This document shows, in pieces, positions 40,689-49,519 of a stretch of DNA of 64,000 bases. The stretch comes from Alphaproteobacteria bacterium. GTDB lineage: Bacteria > Pseudomonadota > Alphaproteobacteria > UBA828. The notes beneath the pieces were generated by a model. It saw only the letters and a program-made list of their open reading frames with translations. It was not told the origin of the DNA and did no database searches. The stretch is taken from assembly GCA_965220745.1 (NCBI GenBank), contig CBDCQT010000013.1, forward strand, positions 704,001 to 768,000. Direction: 5' to 3'. Positions within the stretch are counted from its first letter, which is position 1; the number at the start of each line of letters is the position of its first letter. Position numbers and translations under genes: made by a program.

Positions 40689-40845
40689 CGGGTGGCAAAC
40701 AACAGAATCCCGTAGGTTTGTTGCGAAGTCCGCTCGCAGGCCTACGCGAGAGCTACATCGAATCCTCTTGCATTTTGCTTACGGAGAAATTCATTGTTCC
40801 AAATTATCTCGCTATAGAGACAATTTAGTCAAATTCAATCTCTAT

Positions 40846-40852
40846 CGGTGCC
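40846..40852. repeat. Right att core CGGTGCC
   Basis: Identical to 1810..1816; AT-rich palindromic DNA lies just inside. Confidence 0.85.
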
Positions 40853-41012
40853 ACTGGGTCTGGTCCTTCCGCTCGCCGGTCTGGCGATCGATATAGCTCT
40901 CGTCGGTCGCGATGCTCATGTTGGCAACGCGCCCGCCGGAAGCCAGGTGGTTGACAGTGACGTCGGCGCCGAGGCGGCCGATCAACTGCGCCATGTTGAG
41001 TCCGAAAGCCAT
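40846..41012 (-). pseudogene. ssb: 5' half of the interrupted ssb
   Basis: MAFGLNMAQLIGRLGADVTVNHLASGGRVANMSIATDESYIDRQTGERKDQTQWHR, then an immediate stop inside the insert; AGGAG SD. Confidence 0.92.
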
Positions 41013-41173
41013 GATTCGTCTCCTGTTCATCCTGGTTGATGACGATGGGTTGACGAACGGGTCGGGAACCTCTCTCGGTCCCCTTCCCGTTCACCTCTCC
41101 AAGGCTCCTCTCAACCTCTCCTTCGCCGTCCGCCCCGATGGCTGCCGGGTGGCCGACGACCTTGCCTTCGGCA

Positions 41174-41439
41174 CGGACGAAAACGGCAGTGGAAATCACG
41201 ACTGCCGCGTCCTGAAGGTCGCAGAGTGTCGCGTCGCGGCCCGGTGCGCGTTGGCGTCGGGGTCGATTCCGTGCATCCAGGCGCTCCCGGCGGGTGGCCG
41301 GGAGCCTTGCCTGGGGTACGGACGAAACGGCGGCGGAAGTCACGACCGGAGCGTCCTGAAGGTCGCGGAGAGACGCGTCGCGTCGCGGCTGGCGTTGGCG
41401 GCGGGATCGATTCCGTGCATCCAGGCGCTCCTGGCGGGT
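41174..41439 (-). repeat. Diverged tandem duplication (about 120 bp) of the alkB-like 3' end
   Basis: 41174..41295 vs 41319..41439; the extra copy reads AWMHGIDPDANAHRAATRHSATFRTRQS-stop. Confidence 0.8.
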
Positions 41440-42416
41440 CCGCGCAGGACGAGCGCGGCGCGGCGCGGCAGCAGGGCCACCTCGTCGGACGCCAGCCCGT
41501 CGCGGACGTAGGGGCGGGCCGAACGGGGCCGGAAGTTCATGGTCCAGGCGTCGGCGAGCGAGAGCGACACGACGACATCGCCGAAGGAGGCGTGGTCGGC
41601 GTGCATGCCGATCCCCTGGCCGGGCCGGTACTCGTTGACGATGCACTGCTCGGGCATGGCCCCGTCGAAGAAGGGGCTGAGGCGCTCGCCGATCACGCTG
41701 GCCCAGCGCGGGAAGGGTGCGGCAGGGTCGTGCCGGCCAGTGCCGCGCTGCCGGTAATCGTAGCGGAAGCCGTAGTGCTGAACGCGGCGGCTGAGGTCGG
41801 TCATCCAGGGCGCTTGGGAGATGCGCAGCAGGATGCGCTCTTCCTCGGCCTCGGTGACGATGTCGGGCACCAGCGTGGCGCCATGGTCGAAGATGCTCGT
41901 GGTGTCGGTAGTCATCGTCTCTCTCTCCTCCCGTAAGCGGACGCCCGCACCTGCGCACGGCTCCGCCTCTGGCGCCGGTTCGAGAACGATGACCGTGCCC
42001 GCGATGTCCGCGAGGCAGGCGGTGATGAGGGGGCGCACCGCGCACCAGTCGAGACCGCCCAGGCCGCACCCGAGCGGCGGGATGGCGATGGAGCCGATGC
42101 CGTGGCTCGCGAGGGTTGCGGGGAGGCCGCGAAGCCCGGCCTCGATGTCGCCGATCGCGCTGCGGTCGCGCCAGTGACGCTTGGTGGGGAAGTGGACGAT
42201 CCAGCGGGGGCTGTCGCGGCCGGTGTCGAACATGAAGATGCGGCCCGGCCGCAGCCGGCGCTCGGCGCAGGCGCGGCGGTAGGCTTGGAAGGCGTCGGGG
42301 TGGCGGCGCCTGAACTCGAGGGCGAGGCCGGCGCCTGCGACGCCGACGCAGTTGACGGGATTGACGACGGCCTCGGCAGGCTGGGCGAAGATGTCGCCGT
42401 GCGTGAAACGGATCAT
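41340..42416 (-). CDS. DarG/TARG1-like macrodomain in frame with an AlkB-family 2OG-Fe(II) dioxygenase
   Basis: GDIF, NPVNCVGVAGAGLA, FPTKRHW, IPPLGCGLGGLDW; then VNEYRPGQGIGMHAD, WMHGI, RLSATFR. Internal GGAGGAG SD plus ATG at 41915. Confidence 0.88.
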   Translation of the reverse strand: MIRFTHGDIFAQPAEAVVNPVNCVGVAGAGLALEFRRRHPDAFQAYRRACAERRLRPGRIFMFDTGRDSPRWIVHFPTKRHWRDRSAIGDIEAGLRGLPATLASHGIGSIAIPPLGCGLGGLDWCAVRPLITACLADIAGTVIVLEPAPEAEPCAGAGVRLREERETMTTDTTSIFDHGATLVPDIVTEAEEERILLRISQAPWMTDLSRRVQHYGFRYDYRQRGTGRHDPAAPFPRWASVIGERLSPFFDGAMPEQCIVNEYRPGQGIGMHADHASFGDVVVSLSLADAWTMNFRPRSARPYVRDGLASDEVALLPRRAALVLRGPARSAWMHGIDPAANASRDATRLSATFRTLRS

Positions 42417-42446
42417 GGCATGCTCCCATCTTCCAGGGGGGACGGA

Positions 42447-42992
42447 TCAAGCTGGACGGGTGCCGGTGGATGACGCGGCGCGGATCTCCTCCAGGCGCTC
42501 GCACACGGCACGTGGGTGGAGCACACCGAGGTTCAGCACGGGAATGCCGTAGTGCCGGGCGACGCGGATACCCATCCCGGTGCCGCCGCTCGGCAGTCCG
42601 TCCCGAGTCCAGCATGCGACGGCGTCGACCGGTACGTCGGTATCCGCTGCGAGGATGCTCACGTTCCGGGCGTGGAGCTTGCGCGCAGCGGGCGAGCAGC
42701 GGTGCCACGCGGGATGCAGAGCGGCGGCGATGGCGAGGCAGGTGTGCATACGATCCCGTGAGAGGGTGCGGCAGTCGGGTCCCCGGCAGCCGCGATACCC
42801 GGGCCACGGCAGGAACACGGTGCGGCGCTCGGCCGGGGCTCCCGCTGCGAATGCGGAGTCGGCCCCGGCAGCACCGCCGGAGTGAAGGTGCCATCCGCGG
42901 CGCGCGAGCCAGGTGGCCATGGTGGTCATATCGCGGAGTGTCTCCGGGGGCGTGGCGCGCGATCCGATGCCGGCATAGACGAGCTGTGTCAT
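42447..42992 (-). CDS. SLOG/DprA-like Rossmannoid protein
   Basis: YAGIGSR.TP, SGGAAGADSAF, HARN, GGTGMGIRVA..YGIPV.NL. Confidence 0.8.
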   Translation of the reverse strand: MTQLVYAGIGSRATPPETLRDMTTMATWLARRGWHLHSGGAAGADSAFAAGAPAERRTVFLPWPGYRGCRGPDCRTLSRDRMHTCLAIAAALHPAWHRCSPAARKLHARNVSILAADTDVPVDAVACWTRDGLPSGGTGMGIRVARHYGIPVLNLGVLHPRAVCERLEEIRAASSTGTRPA

Positions 42993-43268
42993 GGTCCTCT
43001 CCTCCCTCCGATGACTTCACTCGAGAGAGGCTCGTCTCGGACTCTCCTTCCGGGTGCCGGATGTGGCGGTGGCGCCGGCGCCGGAGGCTCTGCCCTTGAG
43101 CGTGGCGGAAGCCGCCGGCTCGTGGGGCAGGTGCGGTCCGGCCGGTTCACGGATCGGCCGCGCCTGCGCGTAGGAGCCGGATCGAGAAGGCGCGGGATGA
43201 GCGCACCGGTTGGGGGGGGAGCGGGCAGAGCCCGGCAGGGAGGGTGCGTCAGCCCGGGCGGAAGCCGT

Positions 43269-43661
43269 TCATGTGGTGCGATCCAGGAAGGCGCGCGGAG
43301 AGAGCACCTCGACTGTCGCGTATCGCGGCTCGGTGAAGTCGCGTGTGTTGCCGGTGATCAGAACGGCGCTGCCGGCCAGGGCGGTCGCGAGATAGATCTC
43401 GTCGTCAGGATCTCGCAGGCCGAACAGGGTATCGGCCGGCTCGACGATGACGGCGAGCCGCTCGATCTCCTGGATGACGGCCAGCAGGGCCTGGCGATAT
43501 GCGGCCTGCCTGGGCCGGTCGGCGACGTGAACGTACTCCGCCAGGACTGGTTCGGAGAGGACGATATCGTGGTGCCGCACCACCCTGTCGACGACAGCCC
43601 GGCAGGTGCCGTCGACGCGCGCCGCCGACACGATGACGTTGCAGTCGAGGACGACGTTCAT
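43269..43661 (-). CDS. PIN-domain toxin
   Basis: VVLDCNVIVSA, RDPDDEIYLATA, LITGNTRDF. Confidence 0.88.
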   Translation of the reverse strand: MNVVLDCNVIVSAARVDGTCRAVVDRVVRHHDIVLSEPVLAEYVHVADRPRQAAYRQALLAVIQEIERLAVIVEPADTLFGLRDPDDEIYLATALAGSAVLITGNTRDFTEPRYATVEVLSPRAFLDRTT

Positions 43662-43951
43662 GTGTCACGGCTGCGGCGGTCCCGGCGCGAATCGGCGATG
43701 TCGGCGATGGTGTCTTCCATGATCTCGTCTTCGGCGCGTCCGACGTCCTCGAGCAAGGGCCGTCCGGCGGAGACCGCGGCCGCGATACGGTCGGCGGCCG
43801 CGTCGCGGTCGACCACCTGTTTGGGGCGGAAGAGGATGCCGTCGCCCATGAGGGTGGCTTCCATGATGTCGCCCTCGCGAAGATCGATGTCTTTACGCAG
43901 CCTGGCGGGAATGGTGACCTGGAACTTCGACTTGACGGTGACCAGGGGCAT
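43658..43951 (-). CDS. AbrB/MazE/SpoVT-family antitoxin
   Basis: VKSKFQVTIPARLRKDIDLREGD. Confidence 0.88.
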   Translation of the reverse strand: MPLVTVKSKFQVTIPARLRKDIDLREGDIMEATLMGDGILFRPKQVVDRDAAADRIAAAVSAGRPLLEDVGRAEDEIMEDTIADIADSRRDRRSRDT

Positions 43952-44110
43952 GGGGTCCTCGCGCGGGCAGAGTTGGAATTTCCGACATTCATACCGGTGG
44001 GCGGCGCCGACGGCAAGGGGACGGCGCGCTGCGGCGCTTGTGGAGGCCCGGGAATTCGCCGGAGGCGCGTCCGGAGGTCTTGGATTGGGTAATGGGTGCT
44101 GAGATCGGGC

Positions 44111-44371
44111 TCAGTGAAGCGGTGGGTCGCCCCGGCCGGCGGCCATGGACCGCGCGACCAGTCGGCTCCATGCCTCCCGATCCAGCCCAAGCCTGGCGTT
44201 CAGGCGATCGCACAGCCGTTCCGCATCTGCGAGCGTCAAGGCTACGAGAGCTGTGGGTATGTAGCCCGTCATGTTCTCGAAGACGATGCGGATCTGCTGG
44301 GGCTCGTCGGGCAGCTCATAGGCCGGTGCGAAGGCGAAGACCGGCTCCTCGGGAAGCTCGTGCGTGGTCAT
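44111..44371 (-). CDS. Hypothetical protein (86 aa)
   Basis: AAGGA SD before ATG 44371; co-oriented with neighbours. Confidence 0.6.
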   Translation of the reverse strand: MTTHELPEEPVFAFAPAYELPDEPQQIRIVFENMTGYIPTALVALTLADAERLCDRLNARLGLDREAWSRLVARSMAAGRGDPPLH

Positions 44372-44465
44372 GGAAGGAATCCTTGTTGCGGTGGGGCGGA
44401 GCGGCCCGCGCGACGGCGGGCGGCAACGTGAGGCGACCAGCGGATCGACGCCGCAGGCGGGGCGG

Positions 44466-47400
44466 TCAGGACGTCTCGGGCGCCGCGACGGGCCAGCGGT
44501 CCACGATGCGCTCCAGGGTTTCGCGGTCGGGCGCGAACAGTCGGGTGCGCCACGAGACGATTTCGGCGATGCAGCCCATGCGCTTGAGCGCGTCGGTGTC
44601 GCTGTCCGAGGGACCTTCGATCTCGATGCGGAAGACCCCCATGAGGCGGCGGCGCGCAAGCTTCCAGCCGTTGGAGAGATGGAAGGAGGCACCGCATTTC
44701 ATGATCTCGTCGTGAACCTCGGCGGCGGTGAGGCCGGGGCCGCCGTCGAGACCGAGGGCGGCGCGGAACTCGCCGAGCTCGGCGGGGCCGAGGATGCGGC
44801 CGATCAGGTGCTCCCCATCATCGGCGACGAGGCGCCGGACGCGCATGCTCTCGTCGGGCAGCCGGTCCCAGATCGGCAGCAGCAGGCCCGCAACCAGCCA
44901 GAATCGGGACTCGCGGTGGGACGGCAGGCCGGCGATCTCGGTGTCCCAGACCATGCGCCAGCGATCCTCGTCCGCATCCCGCCATTGCGATGCGTCGAGG
45001 GCCTTCTGCGCCATGGTCTCGCGGACTGCGGGACGCACCAGGCGCACGCGCTCCTGCACGCCCCCGTCGTCGAGCGTGCGCGAGGGCGCGGACATCACGA
45101 GTGCGGCGCGGCCGGATTGCGCGTTGACCATGAGGCGGGGCCTGCCGCTGGAGGTCTGGGAGTGAACCGAGAGCGCCCCGTCGGCGGTGAGCGGCTCCAG
45201 CCTGTCCTTGCGCGCGATCTCGACGATCTCGGTCTCGGCGCCGGAGCCCTCGTGCGTGAACACGGACTCGCGTGAGGCGACGGAGATCGAGTCGGCGGCG
45301 ATGGTCTCGACGCCGCGCTCGAAAGTGCCGGCCTCGATCGCGATCTCGATGTTGGCCTCGATCCGGGTCTCGAGCGCGGCAAAGAGCTGGTTCTGCTCGT
45401 CGATGGGGAGGGCCAGCAGCCGGTTGAGGAACTGCGGCATAGGCGGCAGGTCCTCCTTCAGGTTGCCCTCCCAGGTGAGCTTGAGCCCGGTGGCCTCTTC
45501 GAAGTCCTTGATGGACCAGCCCTCGATGTGGCCGTGCGAGAGGGCGATGTAGAACTGGCGCAACGCCGATTTGGCGTAGAGGCTCTCCAGGTTGTCGCTG
45601 GCCCTGAACAGCGCGGTGTCGTCGCCCCCCATGGCGGTCTGCGAATCCCGCTGACCCCGCGTGATCGCGCCTAAACTGTCCAGCCTCCGCGCGATGGTGG
45701 CGATGAACCTGCGCTCGCCCTTTACGTCGGTGGCGACGGGGCGGAAGAGCGGTGCAGAGGCCTGGTGCGTGCGGTGGGTCCGGCCCAGGCCCTGGATGGC
45801 CTGGTCGGCCCGCCAGCCCGGCTCCAGCAGGTAATGGATGCGGCGCTCGGTATTGGGACAGCCGAGGTCGGCGTGGTAGCTGCGGCCGATGCCGCCTGCC
45901 ATCGAGAACACCAGGATGCGCTTCTCCCCTTCCATGAAGGCGGCGGTCTCGGCGAGGTTGGCGGAGGCCGGCCGCGAGCGGAGCGCGAGGCGCTCGCCCT
46001 TCGCGTCCTCGATCCTGAGCACGCGGCGCGAGCGTCCGGTGATCTCGGCCACGGCGTCGTGCCCGAAACGGTGGACGATCTGATCCAGCGCCGACTGCAC
46101 CGGCGGCAGCGCGCCGAGTTTCTGGATCAGGGCGTCGCGCTTCGCCAGGGCCTCCTGGCACAGCACCGGGTTGTTGTCGGCGTCGAAGACGGGGCGCGAC
46201 ATGAGGTTGCCGTCGTCGTCTTCGAAGGGCTCCTGCAACTGCACCGGGAAGGCGTGCTCCAGGAAGTCGAGCACGTATTCGCGGGGCGTCAGGTCGATGG
46301 AGAGGTCGTCCCACTCGGACGCCGGGATCTCGGCGATGCGGCGCTCCATCAGCGCCTCGCCGGTGGACACCAGCTGCACCACGGCGGAGCGGCCCTCGTC
46401 GAGGTCGGCCGCGATGGCGCGGATCAGCGAGGGGCACTTCATCGAGGTCAGCAGGTGGCCGAAGAAGCGCTGCTTGGCGCCTTCGAAGGCCGAAATCGCG
46501 GCGGACTTCGCGTTCTTGTTGAGGGTGGAGTCCCCATCCACGATGCCGGTGGCCTTGAGCGTCTCCTGGATGTTCTGGTGGATGATCTTGAAGGCTCCCG
46601 CATAGGAATCGTAGATGCGCCGCTGCTCCGGCGTGAGCGGGTGCTCCAGGATGTCCACTTCCACCCCGTCGTAGGAAAGCGCGCGGGCCTGGTAGAGACC
46701 CAGGGCCTTGAGGTCGCGTGCCACCACTTCCATGGCGGCCACGCCGCCGGCCTCCATGGCGGCAACGAAGGCGGTGCGGGTCTCAAACGGCGTCTCGCCC
46801 GAGGCCCAGAGCCCGAGGCGCCGGGCATAGGCGAGGCCGGGGACGGTGGTGGCCCCGGTGGCGGAGACGTAGAGGATGCGAGCGTCGGGCAGCGCGTTCT
46901 GCAAGCGCAGTCCCGCGCGGCCCTGCTGCGACGGCCTCACCTCGCCGCGCGAGCCCTTGGACCCCGCGGCGTTGGCCATGGCGTGGGCCTCGTCGAAGAC
47001 GATGACGCCCGAGTACGCGTGGCGCTCCTCCTCGTCCTTGCCGTCCGCGAGCCAGGCCACGATCTGGTCGAGGCGCGACGGCTTCCCCTGCCGCGCGGGG
47101 GAGCGCAGCGTGGCATAGGTGGCGAACAGGATTCCCTCTGCATGGGGGATGTCGGACCCCTGGCGCAGCTTGCCGAGGGGGATCACGTCGTCCTCGCGGC
47201 CGCCGACGGCGCACCAGTCCCGGCGCGCGTCCTCCAGCAGCTTGTCGGACTGCGAGAGCCAGAGTGCGCGCTTCCGTCCCCTGAGCCACTGGTCGAGGAC
47301 GATGGCGGCGACCTGCCTGCCCTTGCCGCAGCCGGTGCCGTCGCCCAGCATCCAGCCGCGCCGGAAGCGGACCGGGTCGGACAGCGGCTCGTCGGCGTCG

Positions 47401-49019
47401 ACGATCTCAGCGTCGTCGTCCGTTTCCGGTGCAGCATCGTCGCCGTCGGCGTCGATGCGTTGCACGGTCTGCGGCACGAGTGTCTGCGGCACGAGTGTCT
47501 CCCAGCCGGCACCGATGCGGTACTCGGCGGCGAGGTGACGCTCGTGGGCCTGGCCCGCGAGAACCACGCTCTCGAGCTGCGCGTCGGAGAGCAGTCCCTC
47601 GGTCACCACCTTCTCCGGCAGCATCGGGCGGTAGGACGGCATGGGGTGCGGCACCGCCGCCATGGCGCCCGACTGCACCAGAGGCGTCGGGTGCTCGACC
47701 GCGCCCGGCATATGAATGCTTGATGCCCGCCATCGTGCGTAGGAGCCGTCGGGTTGGGCGCCCTCGGCGGGACCGCCGCCGGCCGGCACTGCCTCGTATG
47801 CGAGCTCGGCGACCTGGCCCCAGTCATGGGGCTTCGTCTCCGGCGGATGGGCGGCGGTCCCGGTGCGTCTGGCCCGCGTGGGCGGGGACCGTCTCGATGG
47901 TGCTGGCGCCTGGCCGAAGAGGTCCGCGCCCGGCACGGGCTCGATGGAACGCCGTGCCGGCACGGTGCCGGTGACCGCCTGCAAGAGGTGGCCGGCGTCG
48001 CGCACGGGATGGCCGGCATAGACCCGGGCGGGTTTGTCGCCGCCTCTGTCGAGAACGGTGAGGCGGGTGTCGAAGGTGGTGCCGCGCCGCGCATAGGCGC
48101 GGCCGTCGATGGGCGCGGTGAACACCGCATGGGCCGGCGGGTCGAGGGAGGCGAAGGCGTCTTCCCAGGCGGCATCGCCGGGGACGCAGTGCGCGGACGA
48201 GATCGCCACGAGCCGTCCGCCCGGCGGGAGCATCGAGAAAGCCGAGCGGATGTGATGCAGGTCGGCATGATGGCGGATGCGGTCCACGCCGGGGCTGGCC
48301 GAGAAGGGCGGGTTCATCAGCACCACGGTGGGCCTGAGCTCCGGGAGCCGGTCCCTGATGGACTCCGCGTTGTGGCGGGTGACCGTGCTGCCGGGAAACA
48401 GACCGGCGAGGAGGCCCGCGCGGACGGCGGCGATCTCGTTGAGGTGCAGCGCGCGGGCGCCCCCGTTGCCAATGGCAAGCTGCGCCATGACGGCGAGCAT
48501 GCCGGTGCCTGCCGACGGTTCGAGCACGACGTCGCCCGGCCGGATCATGGCCGCCTGCAGTGCGGCGTAGGCGAGCGGCAGCGGCGTCGAGAACTGCTGG
48601 TACTTGAGCTGCTCCTCCGAGCGCCTGGTCTGCGAGGGCTCCAGCGCCGCGAGGGTCTCCAGCATCCGCAGCATGGCGGCGGGTCCGCCGGGACCGGCGC
48701 CGGCTTCGCGCCGCATGGCACGGCCGTAGCGCTGGAGGAACAGCACCAGCGCTGCTTCGGCCGCCTCATAGGAGTCCTTCCAGAGCCAGGCGCCGTCCGC
48801 GTCGGAGGCGCCGAAGGCGGCCGTCATGGCCTCCCGCAGCGTGCGGGCATCCAGCTCCCGGCCGGCTTCGAGTACCGGCAGCAGGGTGCGGGCCGCGGTC
48901 AGCAGCGCGGAAGGAGTGGAATGGGACTGCAGGGCTGCGGGTTCGCCGATCGCGCTTCTGGGGCGTGCGGCGGTAGGTGGATGTGCAGGGGCGGGCGGCG
49001 CCGGGTGGGCGTCGAGCAT
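44466..49019 (-). CDS. Methyltransferase / strawberry-notch helicase fusion
   Basis: QQFSTP, LEPSAGTG, MNPPF; LSDAQLE, GDGTGCGKGRQ, FDEAH, SATGA, QGLGRTHR. Confidence 0.92.
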   Translation of the reverse strand: MLDAHPAPPAPAHPPTAARPRSAIGEPAALQSHSTPSALLTAARTLLPVLEAGRELDARTLREAMTAAFGASDADGAWLWKDSYEAAEAALVLFLQRYGRAMRREAGAGPGGPAAMLRMLETLAALEPSQTRRSEEQLKYQQFSTPLPLAYAALQAAMIRPGDVVLEPSAGTGMLAVMAQLAIGNGGARALHLNEIAAVRAGLLAGLFPGSTVTRHNAESIRDRLPELRPTVVLMNPPFSASPGVDRIRHHADLHHIRSAFSMLPPGGRLVAISSAHCVPGDAAWEDAFASLDPPAHAVFTAPIDGRAYARRGTTFDTRLTVLDRGGDKPARVYAGHPVRDAGHLLQAVTGTVPARRSIEPVPGADLFGQAPAPSRRSPPTRARRTGTAAHPPETKPHDWGQVAELAYEAVPAGGGPAEGAQPDGSYARWRASSIHMPGAVEHPTPLVQSGAMAAVPHPMPSYRPMLPEKVVTEGLLSDAQLESVVLAGQAHERHLAAEYRIGAGWETLVPQTLVPQTVQRIDADGDDAAPETDDDAEIVDADEPLSDPVRFRRGWMLGDGTGCGKGRQVAAIVLDQWLRGRKRALWLSQSDKLLEDARRDWCAVGGREDDVIPLGKLRQGSDIPHAEGILFATYATLRSPARQGKPSRLDQIVAWLADGKDEEERHAYSGVIVFDEAHAMANAAGSKGSRGEVRPSQQGRAGLRLQNALPDARILYVSATGATTVPGLAYARRLGLWASGETPFETRTAFVAAMEAGGVAAMEVVARDLKALGLYQARALSYDGVEVDILEHPLTPEQRRIYDSYAGAFKIIHQNIQETLKATGIVDGDSTLNKNAKSAAISAFEGAKQRFFGHLLTSMKCPSLIRAIAADLDEGRSAVVQLVSTGEALMERRIAEIPASEWDDLSIDLTPREYVLDFLEHAFPVQLQEPFEDDDGNLMSRPVFDADNNPVLCQEALAKRDALIQKLGALPPVQSALDQIVHRFGHDAVAEITGRSRRVLRIEDAKGERLALRSRPASANLAETAAFMEGEKRILVFSMAGGIGRSYHADLGCPNTERRIHYLLEPGWRADQAIQGLGRTHRTHQASAPLFRPVATDVKGERRFIATIARRLDSLGAITRGQRDSQTAMGGDDTALFRASDNLESLYAKSALRQFYIALSHGHIEGWSIKDFEEATGLKLTWEGNLKEDLPPMPQFLNRLLALPIDEQNQLFAALETRIEANIEIAIEAGTFERGVETIAADSISVASRESVFTHEGSGAETEIVEIARKDRLEPLTADGALSVHSQTSSGRPRLMVNAQSGRAALVMSAPSRTLDDGGVQERVRLVRPAVRETMAQKALDASQWRDADEDRWRMVWDTEIAGLPSHRESRFWLVAGLLLPIWDRLPDESMRVRRLVADDGEHLIGRILGPAELGEFRAALGLDGGPGLTAAEVHDEIMKCGASFHLSNGWKLARRRLMGVFRIEIEGPSDSDTDALKRMGCIAEIVSWRTRLFAPDRETLERIVDRWPVAAPETS
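47469..47499 (-). repeat. Two tandem 15-bp units (AGACACTCGTGCCGC)
   Basis: Encode WE[TLVPQ][TLVPQ]TV. Confidence 0.75.
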
Positions 49020-49228
49020 GAGCAGGCTCCGATGACGGGGGTGCAGGAAGGGCCGCAGCGGCACGGCGCGGGGCACTGCCCTCCACGCCGCTCCGCCCGG
49101 CCAACCCCGCCTCCGCCATCCGTGCTCCTCGCGGTGGAGCGCGGTGGGGCGGTCAGGCCGCGCGGCCGGTCAGCGGCAGGAAAGTCGATCCGGGGTGGCG
49201 GACGCCGCGGGAACGGGTCAGGGACGCG

Positions 49229-49462
49229 TCAGCCGAAGCGCTCGCCCCTGGCGGCAAATGTCCACTGGTTGGCAGCGAGGGTCGCGTAATCGGGTGCGCA
49301 GCCGAACTCGTAAAGCGCCGCCGCGAGCTCGTCGATGAAGACGCCGTTGACCGCGGGCCGGTCGAACAGTTCGCGGATGACGGCGGCGGCCTCATGCGTG
49401 GGCACGCCGGCGATCGCGGCGGGGACGCACTTGACGGCGCGGCCGGTGATCCTGTGAAGCAT
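49229..49462 (-). CDS. Hypothetical protein
   Basis: GGAGG SD, 77 aa. Confidence 0.6.
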   Translation of the reverse strand: MLHRITGRAVKCVPAAIAGVPTHEAAAVIRELFDRPAVNGVFIDELAAALYEFGCAPDYATLAANQWTFAARGERFG

Positions 49463-49519
49463 GGGCGGCCTCCGTGCGGGGAGTCCGGCGCACCGGGCGG
49501 ATGACGGGGCCGGGGCGCT

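Larger units (their letters stand above)
1810..40852. mobile_element. 39-kb integrative mobilizable element inserted in ssb
   Basis: CGGTGCC at both ends; excision restores a 456-bp ssb ORF; integrases next to the left end; relaxase, T4CP and excisionase-like HTH inside; no MPF genes seen. Confidence 0.88.

Noticed and set aside
40811-40826. Minus-strand ATTGTCTCTATAGC resembling the R388 nic site ATTGTCT/ATAGC
   Set aside because: Needs a 2-nt insertion at the nick and lacks the upstream hairpin; better explained as an att-end dyad.
40825-43020. 731-aa ORF
   Set aside because: Arg/Pro-rich alternative frame overlapping the well-supported SLOG, macro-AlkB and ssb frames.
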